A stretch of DNA of 63,543 bases, counting the filler, from Cercozoa sp. M6MM (Eukaryota; Protista; Endomyxa: Ascetosporea): NCBI GenBank assembly GCA_040357565.1. It is 9 parts of 9 records of this genome, joined end to end, with 100 filler letters (N's around TTAATTAATTAA, not from the genome) between each part and the next. Parts side by side here need not be neighbours in the genome. Positions count along the whole stretch, not along the records: positions 42,626 to 59,861 come from JBDODJ010000266.1; positions 59,962 to 62,070 come from JBDODJ010001844.1; positions 62,171 to 63,543 come from JBDODJ010002047.1; 6 more parts are not named here. One strand, given 5' to 3'. The position numbers and the translations under genes are program-made. The notes under the pieces were generated by a model, which ran no database searches, was not told where the DNA came from, and worked only from the letters and a program-made list of their open reading frames with translations. Within the stretch, counting starts at the first letter, position 1, and the number at the start of each line of letters is the position of its first letter. Shown here piece by piece: positions 51,926-63,543 of the stretch.

Positions 51926-53812
51926 TAGAGTTGGCACACAGCGGCGCGCGAGGTTTCGCAGGAAGCGCAATTGTTCGCTGCAGAGAGAAAGCGAGAGTGA
52001 GAGTGTAAGCACACTTGATCTTTCGCAAAAAGAAGAGTCTACCGAGACGCAACGGAGAAGAAACGATCAAACACAGCGGCGACGCTGTCGACGGTTTTCT
52101 TTGGCACTGGCGGTTTCTCCTTCTTGCTGATGTGCGGGAAGATACCGCTGCTGTCACTGGCGTCGTGTTCCACTGTGCCACCGTTGTTGCTGCTGCTGCT
52201 GGTGTTGTTGTTGCTGCTGCTGACGTTGTTGACACGCAGAGGATCGTTGCGCAGCAGCGGCGGGTCGTTGCGCAGCGTGTGATGCTGCTTGGCGTAGTCG
52301 CACAGAATGACAATGCACAGGGCACGTGCCACCCGACTCATGATGACACCCACGCCTGCTTCGTCGGTGCCTGCGACCACGCACGCATAAACTTATTACA
52401 CAAAGCTAGATACACACTTAAAAATACCGGTGGAACATGCACGTGCCACTTCGAACAGCGTGCGAGCGGGCGGCACCACCAGTGCCTCGGCCACGCTGCG
52501 ACTGTCGGTGCTGCCGAGTTGCTTGGCACTGTACCGCGTGCGCTCCCTCTGCAGTACCACGCGGCCCGCACTCGACAGGTACCTGTGTGGGAAGAAATAT
52601 TCTCTACATACACTCACCGAGGGGCCGCAGGAGTACCTCGAGTCAAACTCTGCCAGCATGTCGACGAGACCGTGAAGAACACCGTTGCTGCCGCCGATGT
52701 GGACATCCGTGCGCAGCCGCATTCGCTGTGTATGCATCGAATCGACACTGTCAATCGTTGGTCTCCCATAATAAGCGAACCAAAGCTACCGAGCGAGTAT
52801 TCGAGGCAGCATTCGAACAGAGTCGATTTATTTCGGCAAAGCTACACCGACACACGAAGTCAGGAGAGAACGAGAAAACACACGCGTACAGAAAGAACAA
52901 ACGCACAGCGGCTGCAGTGTCTGCGCGGCATTGCGCATGCGTCGCACGTCGTCAGAAACGCGCTGCAGCAGATGTTGTTGCTTTGGCTCCACGAGGAGCG
53001 AGTTGAGCCACAGGCAGAGCGACGTCTCCTGCGCCGACTCGGCCGTCAGCTGCACTCGCCGCCGCTTGCGCCGCTCCTGCTTCGCCGACGAGACGCGCAG
53101 CTTCGCGTCCGACAGACGCCGCAGCGCTGCTCGCTGCTGTCGCAAAACGTCCTGCCTGCGGAGCACTGGCGCCCGCAAGCGCTTTTGAGTTTCGCTGCTG
53201 AGATTCGAACTGCTCGCGTCGTTTTCGCGAGCTTCGGGCAGTGGGGACAAGGTCTCGCGTCGCTTCCGCGTTGCTTTCGACTCGAGTCGATCGATGCGTT
53301 CGAAGCTTTCGATACTTTCCCGAGACGCTTTTCGAACTGGCGAAATTTCTTCGCGTTGGCGCTTTTGGAGACTCGGAACAACACGAGCGGCCACGAAGAA
53401 GGCCTGACGCGACGCAGCGGCGCGAGAAGCACCCGACACGGCCACGGCCACGGCGGAGCGAAACGCTCCGACTCGCAACGCCGTGAAAGTCACTTTCACT
53501 GTGTGCGATGCTTCGCCTCGCGACAGAAACGACTGCGGAAACACGGAAACGCCGGCATCGCGCGCCGAGAGCTGCCCGACAACATTCCAATCGCATGTCG
53601 TTGGGACAAAACGCAGTTGCTACCTTCACCAGCGCGCGAGCAGGCGCGCCAACAAGCGATACATGACCCGAGACTGTCCGTCCAACGATGCAGCGGCCGA
53701 GCGTTAAGGTCGGCGGCCCCTGGTACACGCCTGAGTGGTCAGGCACCAGATGCAACGCCACATGGGCAGCGTCCGTCTGGGAGGCGCCACTTGCTGCATC
53801 AGAGGTCGCCAT
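45274..53812 (-). CDS. ASPM: Abnormal spindle / ASPM homolog (CH domains, degenerate IQ region, helical C-terminus)
   Basis: LCLWLNSLL, FDGADFTVTSLANDLRNGVRLCRLAEVL, GHREGTLRVLW and VRNLGADLADG match ASPM CH domains. IQ-like segments and an ARM-like C-terminal region follow. Confidence 0.85.
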
Positions 53813-53994
53813 CGCGCCTGTCGCCCCTACAGACAACACGAGCGCCAAATTAGCACTGTCTGAGTCTACAAAACACTCAGAGCGTTGTGTCAACACATGC
53901 AACACCTCCTTAACCAAAATCACTCAATCTGAAGTGACCACAATACGGTGCAGTATACAGAGTGTGCGTGTGTGCTTACACAGTGCCAGGTGAC

Positions 53995-54999
53995 ATGGGA
54001 AATACTGGCAGTACACAATCTGCCCGAAAGGCAGCTGCGAAATTCGCTGTGCCGAAATTAAAACGGCAAAGTCCGCCGTTGCCAACGATGCACAACGCGC
54101 CGCCATTGCTCCAGACGCTGCGCAAGTCGCAAGAAGGTGCGTCTGTGAAGTGTTTGTGGGTGTCTAAGGCTATGTAGTTCCTGCTGTGCGTGCAGAACTG
54201 GAGCGCGAGCAGGAGCTCCTGCAGCAGAAGGACGAGCAGTTCGTGCAGGTGCTGCAGAAGGCAAGCGAGGCGGCAGCGCCGGCGATGCGGCAGCACGCCT
54301 TCCAACAGCACGCGTTGGAAGGTATTGCCGAGAGTACCGGCAGTATGGCTGCTAATCGGGGCAACCAAAAGACCCGCAAGCCACGGCGTAGACGGCGCAT
54401 GACAGTACACCCTGTGTGTTACGTGAGTAACTGTATCAATTAGTTCTGGGGCCTCTGCAGGAGAAAGAACAAGCAGAGTCAAAACGTGCGCCACGAGGCA
54501 AGGTGACCATCCAAGATCTGACGCAAGTACTGGCGGCTCTGTCCAGCAGGGTAATTCTGCCCGCGTATATCTTACTTGTGCGGACGTGACTGTTGTCTGC
54601 AGGAAGACACACTTGAGACAATCGCCGAGAAGGCATCGCTGCCACTCGACACTGTGCAACGCATTCAGAAGGAAGTCTGGCCCTTCTTCGACGCCGTCAC
54701 TCTGCATAAGCAGCGCGGCGTGCCTGTCCGTGCCATCCACACCCGCTCGTCTGACGACCTGTTCACACAGGACAGCGCCGCGTGGTTTCAGCAGGGCGTC
54801 GATGCGCCCACCGCCGCCACCGCCGTCGACTCGCACGCCCTCGACGAAGAGACCATGGCAGCTGCACACGGCGACCCGAAGGTACCGCTGCACCTATCGT
54901 ACTTGACTGGGGAGTGCCCTTCTATTTTGTCCGTCTTGCCTGCAGGAAATCGAGATGCTGCGATCAGCACAGCGCGACCTGTCGAAACTCATGAAATAG
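53995..54999 (+). CDS. NDUFAF4: Complex I assembly factor NDUFAF4-like
   Basis: Myristoylation-type MGNTGS start; QKDEQFVQVLQ (cf. RKDEKLLSFLK); PRGKVTIQDLTQVL...TLETIAEKASL...V (cf. PKGKISIVEAL...TAEKIMQEYQL). Confidence 0.68.
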
Positions 55000-55308
55000 G
55001 CATATTGGGTTGAGACTAATCTAAACAGTGCACATCCCGCAGGTCAGCAGCGCAGGTCAGGTGCCGCGGAGTTCAGTTGTTCTGCAGCGCACCCAAGTGA
55101 GCGTAGCCACAGCTATCGTACTACGAAGCGGATAACAGTAACTCGTGAGAACAGAACTAGATTTGTTTAAGTTACAGGTGTGTGCGCTATGCGTGATTAG
55201 AGGAATCACTGGCATGCTTGACAGATGCTTTTTGCGCGCTTTTTCGTTTGCTGCTTGATCGCTGTGCTGTGACTTCTTGGCCTTGCCTAAGTGTGCAGCC
55301 TGTAGGCG

Positions 55309-57384
55309 ATGGACGCGTCCGTGTCTGAACTAACAAGAGCTTGGCAGCGGCTTGCCCAAGCCGAAGCAGCTTCGAGCGAGCTCGCCGATGTGAGTGCTTT
55401 TGAGGATCCTGCGCGTCATGTCGTCGAGTGCTGGTAGCGGTATACCAAAGTGTCTGTCTGGCAGCATTGTGGTTTTTGAATTCCAGGTCAATCTTGAAGC
55501 CGGGCCAGCTTTTCAAAACGGCGGCCAAACTGACAGAATTGACGGGAGCAAAGGATGCCACACTGACGCGTTTGCTGGCTCATGTGATGCATCAACTCGT
55601 GAATTTTAAAAACGATAGCGGCAGCGAGAACTACAACTTTGAGGCAGCTTCGTCGCTGCTCCTAAGGATCCTTCGTTCCAATCGTACAGCATATTTACCT
55701 GAGTTGCCACTGATTGAGTAGTTTGTGTGACAGCTCTCGTGCAAAGCACGACGACAGATGAGTTGGAAAAGCTGCGCGTGAAATTCGCGCAGCTTGTGCA
55801 TGTAAAGGATGCGAAACAACTCGCAGCCATGGCCAAGGTGAAACTGCTGTGATACTTGTGTTTTCTAAAAGTATACTAACTGAGTAGTTTTTAACAGGTG
55901 TTTGATGGTCTGACAAGGTGGACCTGTCTGCACCATTTCTCCAACAGCGTCGTGATGCTCGCGATCGCGTCGCTGCTGTTGGCGGGTGATGACAGCTATC
56001 GAAGTGAACTCGTCGCTCGCATGGATTTTTCGGTGCTGGTTGAAGTGATGCCGTTGCTGCCTCCTTCTCTGCTGGACTCGGTCAGTTTCTCTGACTTGTG
56101 GTCAAGTTGAGGTTACTCCCGCCTGCTTCTGTAGCCTGTGCTGCAGGAAGCCATGATGACGAGTCTCGCCGGTGAAAGCCTCGTGAACTTTGAGTGGTTC
56201 ATCAATCGTATGCATGTCCTTTATTCTTCCTGTGTATGCTGAGACTACAAGTGAACTACCTGCAAGCAGTGGAGCTGGTCAACAAGTGGCTCCGCACATG
56301 CCGAGCCCTGATCGATCACGGTGCCAAGCCCAACAGTACAATTAACTCTGTAACAAGACATCTTTCCAGTAATCCTGTTTCCCTAAACGTTGCCTAAAAC
56401 AGAAGACACCGGCTTCTTCCCTGAGCCGGTGATTCCGATGCTTCTAGACGAGCGCGAGGTCGTTGAGTGCCTCGTGGACAACATGGTGTACAAGGACACA
56501 CTGCTCTTTGCTGTCAAAGCACCTCAGTTCGCCAGTACTTTAACCATCTGCTTTCTCTCGATTACCTTCGATTCCTTTCGTGCAGTGCTGTTAGAGGAGT
56601 GCGAAGAGGCCGAAATGTACGTCGCCTGTCTGGCCAAAGTGATCGATGTGGCGTGTAGCCACCCGAGAGCTTTGCAACTGGACTGGGAGACGCACGATGA
56701 GTTCCTTGATGAACCATTCGAACTTTCTTGGGAGTCCAAGCCTCTAGCTCTGCCAGGTGACTCGATCCTGCAGTTCTTTCGCCTGCTTGATGAGAGTCTC
56801 GGCGATCACGGCATTTTGCAACACCTGAAAAACGTCCGCGAGGATTATGTCGGTTCTTTTTATTCTCTCAAAATTGAACGACAATTGTTTTTGCAGGATG
56901 GAAACCCGCAGGAAGATACGCCTTTCATGCGACTTGCCTTCACGTGTGCTCTGTGTCTGGCCTACAACTGGCAGCATGACACCCAACAGAGTCCACTAAA
57001 GGACTTTGAGTTTGAATACCGTAACAAAACTGGAGAAAAGGCCACGGTCGCACTGTCGCAGGCACTGAAACCCATGCTGCGACACATCTCGGTACTCTCC
57101 AACTGTGTGCATATTGTTTCCGTTTGTGCTGATTGCGAAGTTCGTTTAGGAGCAACGAAAACAAGTGCTGACTGCGCCGAATTCGCTTCTGTGTGAGGAT
57201 ATGGTCGGCCTTGTGCTGCAGTTCGCAGGCGATGGTGTCTTCTTTGAGCACATGTTTGCGCAATTAGTCGAGGTACTTTCAGTTTTGCGTTTTTTTCGCT
57301 GCTGTCAATTAAACTCGCTGTCGAGTGTATTGTATTCTGTTTTTATCAAAGGAACCGGCAGAGATGCTTCACGCTTTGTCTTGA
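55309..57384 (+). CDS. Hypothetical alpha-helical protein
   Basis: Series of open, Leu-rich, GT-AG-bounded exons including the ORF at 56390-57196. No family recognised. Confidence 0.55.
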
Positions 57385-58046
57385 CTTCTATGTCACCTTT
57401 ATGAGTCCGTCTGCATGTACGATCACGATTCGAATTCAAGCAAAGCCTGCCTACCGCACGGACGGTCGCGGCGGGTACACGACAGGGGAACTACAGAGTT
57501 TGTCTCTTAGTAGACTGAACAAACTACTGTGCGGAAATTTGTTACTGACGGTTGTCAGTGAAAAGAACTAAATAAAAGAAGTAAGTCGTCAATTAGACGA
57601 AGCGAGGAAATCAAATGATTTAGTTTGAAGAAGCGAAGTGAAGAATTACCCCAACTGGGTTCTTACGTCAAACTAGACGGAGTTGTAGACGGAAACTTCC
57701 GTCACGGGGAAAATCGTGAGAAGATTTAACAAGAAAACCCCTTCTCTCTACAGCAGCCAATGCTTACTTGTAGAGGTGGATATCAGTACAAACTGCAGAG
57801 CAACTGACCAGCTGATGCCAAGTAGATGAGGTTTTCTCTTTGCCAACTGGCAGGCTCAATCTACAGGACAGGCTTTCAGACAGGTCCAGTCACAGCTCTA
57901 TGGGCAGTAGTACCGTAGAGCCACAAACTCTTAACTCTTCTTTCTCTTTTACTTCAATGATGGGAGACCAACTGGTCTGTCTGGGTTTATCCCCGCGGAG
58001 ACTGCATAATCTGAGTCAGTCTGTAACAAATTCACTAACTGGCGGG

Positions 58047-59861
58047 TTAGCCCGACGGTGACTTGGGAAAGACAAAGTCGGACACGCGAATCACACGAGT
58101 CGGGACTGTGCTGACGGTACGCACGTGTTGTCGTCGTCGCCGCCGTGGCACGGTGTCTCTGCCAGATGATGACGAGTGAGAGTGCGGGACGGTTTCTTCG
58201 CGCTCACTGCTGCCCTCTGCTGTTTCAACGTGAAGTGCAGTCGAACTTGAAGCTTCAGTTTCGAGAAGCGATTTCGCTCGAGTCGGCGGAGCTTGAACCT
58301 TCGGGTGCTGCTGCTGCTGCTGCTCGTTCAAGTCATCGGCAAAGATAAAGTCACGCACCCGAACGATACGTGACTGCAAATTAAAAAGTTCGAAATAAGA
58401 TTGGTTTGCAAAAAATGAACAAGTTTGTTCGCAGAAATAAAAGTGTTCAAAAGACCTTGGTGTGACTATAACGGCGCGAATGGGATCGACAAACGCTGTT
58501 GTTGGTTCGTTTTGAGTCGTTGGAAGCTTTTGGAGCTTTTTCAACTCGAGGTTCTGCGATTTGATTCGATTTTTTGACTTGACCGTTTTCGACTTGTGTT
58601 TTTGCGACTGGTTCTGGAGCAGTTCTGACTGCAGTCACTGGGTCAGCAGAATGAGCGGAAGCTTCCACTGCCTCATCGAGTGACGGCAGCGTTTCTCCTG
58701 CGCCGTCGTCGCGGATCGCACGGAGTCCGCCGATCGCTTTTTGAGCCTTGGACACCACCGAGGCTCGTGCGCGCCTGAGTCCACTCTGGGGGGAGGGGGG
58801 GGAGGGGGGTAAAGGAAATAGGAGTCAACAACAAGAAGGCACCCATGCGTGCTTGATTTCGTCTTGAGTGACATGAGCAGCGTGCACTTCCTGCATATAT
58901 GAGGGGGGTGAGGGCTCAAGGGGTCAAAGAGTCAGGGGTCAAGGATTCAAGGGTTAAAGGGTAAGGACGGCAAGTAACCTCCAGCAACGGCATTGGATTG
59001 GTGCCATTCTCCGTGATCCACGGGTGCTACATAACATCTATTCAACAGGGGTCGGGGGGGGGGGGGGGTAAAGTCACCTTGCGTAGCCGTTTGATCGTGT
59101 AGCGTCGCCGAGGATTCTGCAGAGGGAGGGGTAATGGAGGGGGGTAGAGAGAGGTAAGGGGGTAAACCTTTCGCAGCAGTTTCTCGATCATGTCGCATAG
59201 CTGTGAGGGTAAAGAGGGGTACGGACGGGGAGGGGGGGGGGTAAAGGTGAGTAAGACACACCAGCGGCGACGAGCGACGCAGCGTCGGCGGAATCGGCGC
59301 CACGTCGCGCGCGATACTTTCATACAACAGCGGCAGTGAGTCCGCGTGGAAGGGCAGCCGACCCGTTGCCATGTAGTACCTACGCACACATCCGCGCGGA
59401 TGCATAAATACACACAATAGGCAACGCACAGGGTCACTCCTGCCGCCCACAGGTCGGTCGCCTGCCCGTGGAACAGCACCTTCTCCTTCTCCTTCTGCCA
59501 GGGGGGGGGGGGGGAGCGGGGGGGGAGGGGGGGGGGGGAACAGGGGGGTAAAAGGGGGGTAAACAGGGGGGGTAAACAGGGGGGTGAACAGGGGGGTAAA
59601 CAGGGGGGTAAAACCGGCGTGCCGGCCTCGCGGCCGCCGAGCGGCAGCATGGCGCCGAGACTGCGCGACTGCTGCTCCGACGCCGCCTGCGCCAACGACG
59701 GTTGCCGCACCGTCGCACCGTCCTCCTCTTGCTCCTCGCTGCACAGTCACACAGTGACCACGTGACCACCCAGATTGTGACCACCCAGATTGTGTGAACA
59801 CGTGTGCGCGTTACTCCAGTAGCGACAATTGACGCCGCCAGTTGTTGTTCGGCCGACTGGG
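58047..59861 (-). CDS. Ser/Thr protein kinase, CaMKK/GRIK-like, 3' part
   Basis: Subdomains IX-XI: GQATDLWAAGVTL|YYMATGRLPF, LYESI, LLRK|NPRRRYT, HPWITENGTNPMP. Confidence 0.82.
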
Positions 59862-59976
59862 NNNNNNNNNNNNNNNNNNNNNNNNNNNNNNNNNNNNNNN
59901 NNNNNTTAATTAATTAANNNNNNNNNNNNNNNNNNNNNNNNNNNNNNNNNNNNNNNNNNNNGTGTATATTGATCAG

Positions 59977-60462
59977 GGCTCTAATGACCCTGCAAGCGGC
60001 ACGCCAGATCGTCCCGCCCGACACGGTGCTGTCGCTCGCCTCGCTCGCTTCCTTTGGTCGCAGTGACAAAGCACATGTACCCCGGCCCTTTGCTCCCTCC
60101 TACTCTCTCTCTCTCTTTCTCTGTACACTGAGCCTCCTCTGCAGGAGCAAGAATTGCTTCACGCACTGTCACAGGCGACGAAACCAAGCGACAAACAGCA
60201 GCAGCAGCAGCAACAACACCGACGACAGTATGCGAGGTACATACTCCCTATACACCTATCGTACGCTAAACCAAATCTTCGTAGCACGAAACGGAATCGC
60301 GACAGCACATTAGAACCGTCGCCTGTGGCCTTTCACTTTACCAAAGGTACCGTCATTGTGCCTGGGGTATATCTGCCACTACGTGCGTGCTGTCTATTAG
60401 GTCACCAGTCGTGGCACACGAGACCCACTATTAGCGAGCTGCTTGGCGGCCTCAACATCTAG
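59977..60462 (+). CDS. 3' end of a gene with a CTF18-like C-terminal motif
   Basis: Four exons splice in frame and end VAFHFTKGHQSWHTRPTISELLGGLNI*, resembling the CTF18 tail (VWFRFNEG...IRDLL). Confidence 0.4.
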
Positions 60463-60922
60463 CAAATTGATCCAGCACGTTCATCATGTTCGATATCATC
60501 GTATACGTACGATACGCTTAGATTGTGACATTGCCGTACTGTACCGTACGTCCCGACGTACGTATAGTACTGTCATACGCGTATGGCGAGTTACCCGACG
60601 CTATTGCACTGCAATTCGATTGCAACTTGCTTGCAACCGACGGTCGTACGGAGTTGATCACTGGAGAAAACCAAAAACCGAAAGACGACCCACCGTAATG
60701 TACAGACCTCGAGCAGGCGATGGTAGATATACAGAAAGTGGCGAGTTGCTCACTTTCACTGTCCAGGGAAGGATAACTTGAAATCCTGTCGCTTTTGTCA
60801 GTTCTGCGAATGTCTTCCGTCTCCAATGAGACACAGTTAAAGTCACAGAATGGCCATGATCCTCAGGAATAGAAGCGCCATGACGAATAACACCATCGAC
60901 ACCACCACGCAGCCCACGCAGT

Positions 60923-61211
60923 TTAGTTTACAGCAACTCGTTCCGCCGAGTTGCCGCGGCGGAGACTGATGAAATTCAACTTAAGGATTCGACCCCTTGC
61001 TCTGTCTGGCAGAAACTAGTGCAGAGTACCTCCAATGTGTGCCGGTATCTGCGAAGTGTAGGAACTTGACCAAGCGACGCATCGACGTCGTGCCCAAAAG
61101 CGATAGGGTCTGCATAGCTAAGCATGTCGCTGTTGTCGAGGTTTAAGGTTACAGCGTTGAGACCGTCAACAGGCTCGCTTGGTTGCCGGAAAACTGCATC
61201 GACATACACCA

Positions 61212-61261
<50 letters not shown>

Positions 61262-61271
61262 NNNNNNNNNN

Positions 61272-61320
<49 letters not shown>

Positions 61321-61660
61321 CACACACGCACAAAACTGATCATGAAGTGAAATCGTGCAAGCATTCGCAGTACCACACCGTGCTTCTGAACCACACAAAT
61401 GGAGTTGCGGTTGCGTGCCAATGTCTTCAGACCACAAGCTGCCAGTGCCCGTGAGGGAAGGCACGTGTGTGTCATATGTCGTGGCATCTGGCGTCAGTGG
61501 CGAGAGCATTTGCTGTTGTAACTCCGGCTGGTTTTCAACAAATTTCAGTAAGGGTCTCGCCTATTTCTGGCCGGGCAGAAACTGCGCACTCAGGTTTAAG
61601 TTTAGTTGTAGCCGGGTGGCGTGCACGCGACATGCGATGGATGCGTCATGCGTCATGAGT
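60923..61660 (-). CDS. Hypothetical protein
   Basis: Open exons flank a (TG)n intron. Start and frame are uncertain. Confidence 0.3.
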
Positions 61661-61760
61661 TGTTCAGTCAGCGCAACTATCGTATCGTAGATCCCATGAC
61701 CCAGAATCTACCAACTAACGTGACCGGACGCGTACTTATATCGCCTCGAGGAACGGGTTT

Positions 61761-62028
61761 TGGTAATTACCACACGCAGAAATGATGGTAATTACCACGG
61801 TTCAGTTGCATCTGGGCACTGCAGTGATGATGGTAATTACCACGGGGACGAGTGGTAATTACCAGGTGGGAATAGTGCCTCGTTGGTAATATGTCAAGTA
61901 ATTACCACATATAAAATGCTCGATTGTGGTAATTACCATGACGTTACCGTCGTATTTTGGCTGTGGTAATTACCATTCAGTATGGTAATTTATTAACTTT
62001 GTGGTAATTACCATTCAGTATGGTAATT
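61761..62028. repeat. Array of the palindrome TGGTAATTACCA
   Basis: Perfect copies start at 61761, 61786, 61831, 61853, 61927, 61964 and 62002. A 10/12 copy starts at 61898 and half-sites at 61884, 61983 and 62021. Confidence 0.95.
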
Positions 62029-62170
62029 CACACTATTTTTAGTCACTTCGGGAGCCAGGCAGTTTTGACGNNNNNNNNNNNNNNNNNNNNNNNNNNNNNN
62101 NNNNNNNNNNNNNNTTAATTAATTAANNNNNNNNNNNNNNNNNNNNNNNNNNNNNNNNNNNNNNNNNNNN

Positions 62171-63184
62171 GCTAAAACCTGCATGGAACGCGCGCGTCCA
62201 CTTGCGCCGCTCGGCGCGCTGACCACCTGTGGGGGGGGTAAGAGGGGGAGTAAGGTGGGTAGGTGGATAGGAGGTAAGGCGGGGGGGTAAAGGCACCAAA
62301 ATCGATGATGTGGAAGAGCGCGCGCGTCACGGGATCCAGCAGGTACTGCGCCATGAGGCCACTCGTGCGGTACCGAAAGCGCTGTCCAGAGAGTCATTTT
62401 GATCCATCAATCAGTGGTCAGTGATCGATCAGAAGAAAGAGAGAAGAAAGAGAGACGAAAGAAAGAAAGAAGAAAGAAAGAGAGAAGCAAGAAAGAAGAA
62501 AGAAAGAGAGAAGAAAGAGAGAAGAGAGTACCAGAATGTCCTCGTCCGACGGACGCCAGTCGCGCACGGCCAGCGACTCGATCTTGTCAAAGTAGTAGTC
62601 CATCGTGTCGCCGATCTGGTTCGACCGCATGCGCATCCGGTTGCGGAACGTCGCCTTGAAGCCCTGCACACGGGGTGGGGGTACAGGGGGCAGGGGGGTA
62701 CAGGGGGCAGGGGGGTACAGGGGGCAGGGGGTAAAGAGGGGGGTAAACACACCCGGTCGCGCCACACACGCTTGAGCAGTCGCGCCACCGTCGGCGGCAG
62801 CTCCTCCTCACCGCCGTGCAGGTAGCTCTCGGCCTCCGCGCGGAAGCGTTCCACCACCGCGATCTAAGCATCCGCGCGGACCGCTCAGAAATCCGCTCAG
62901 CAAACACACAACACCAACAACAACAACGAGAAATCGCACCGTCTCGGGCGACACGGCAAAGTACTGCGCGTCTATAAAGTCGCGTCGCATCACCTGCCCG
63001 GGGGGAGGGGAGGGGGTAGAGGGGGGAAGAGACGGGGGGGGGGTAAATACCTGGTTGAAGTTGCACAGCGTTAGCATGGCGTCCACCACGGCGAGCGGAA
63101 TTTGCTGGCCCATGCTCTGCCGATGCGAGCTGCGAAACTGAATTCCCGACAGCAGCGACAACTGCTTCACCAGCGTCGATTTTC
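62171..63184 (-). CDS. Heterotrimeric G-protein alpha subunit, internal exons
   Basis: GKSTLVKQL, VWRDRGFK, YYFDKIE, WRPSDEDIL|RFRYRTSG and IIDFG|GQRAERRKW. Confidence 0.92.
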
Positions 63185-63199
63185 CTGCCAACAGGGAGT

Positions 63200-63543
63200 G
63201 TAAACCGGAGTGTCAAACAAGGTGTCACGTGGGGTGACAACGAACTGTAAAATAGGGTGTCAAACGAGATGTAAAATGACATGTAAAATGAAAATGAAGT
63301 GTAAAATAGGGGTGTAAAATGAAGTGTAAAATGGGGTGCAAAATGAAGTGTAAATTGGAGTGCAAAATGTAGCGTAAATTGGAGTGCAAGATGCAGTGTA
63401 AAATAGGGGTGTAAATGGGTGTAAACGAACTGTAAAACGAGGTGTAAAATGAGGCGTTAAATAAGATATAAAAATAAAATGACGTGTAAAATGGGTGCAA
63501 AATGGGGCAGATCAAGTGTAAAACGGGGTAAAATAAGGCGTAA
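63200..63543. repeat. Degenerate GTGTAAAAT minisatellite in a G-alpha intron
   Basis: Repeated GTAAAA/GCAAAA cores at irregular 11-24 nt spacing. Confidence 0.85.

Noticed and set aside
52015-53853. 612-aa plus-strand ORF
   Set aside because: It is the antisense shadow of GC-rich ASPM exons and has no motifs. The same applies to 30415-31179 (actin), 28686-29696 (fasciclin) and 7413-8261 (CFAP45).
57688-57703. Hairpin GACGGAA-AC-TTCCGTC as an ncRNA or terminator
   Set aside because: A single 7-bp stem is expected by chance in 63 kb and has no other support.
61761-62028. CRISPR array
   Set aside because: The repeat is only 12 bp, spacers range 10-62 nt and partly duplicate each other, there are no cas genes, and the context is eukaryotic.

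Overview
Eukaryotic nuclear DNA from a gene-dense, very intron-rich protist-like genome. The standard genetic code and GT-AG introns fit every gene I reconstructed by hand. The window is not one continuous molecule: nine contigs are joined by eight synthetic 100-nt linkers (N44-TTAATTAATTAA-N44), so gene order across linkers is meaningless and many genes are truncated. Recognisable genes: LST8, L-gulonolactone oxidase-like, QDPR, CFAP45, USP30-like, a P4-ATPase 3' end, a KCR/17beta-HSD12-type SDR, an FN3 type I membrane protein, an ~8-domain fasciclin surface protein, actin, zeta-COP, RAD54, a PX-domain protein, an SLC35F-type transporter, ASPM, NDUFAF4-like, a CaMKK/GRIK-like kinase 3' part and a G-alpha fragment, plus several orphans. 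The most unusual signals are non-coding: (1) a telomere-like C5-6TGTTTA / TACCCC repeat family that fills introns of unrelated genes and often starts at the splice donor; (2) a donor consensus of GT(A/G)C that mostly lacks +5G; (3) an array of the perfect palindrome TGGTAATTACCA near 61.8-62.0 kb. I saw no rRNA, tRNA, CRISPR or transposase. Exon structures are manual inferences without transcript data, and the taxon cannot be assigned from this window.
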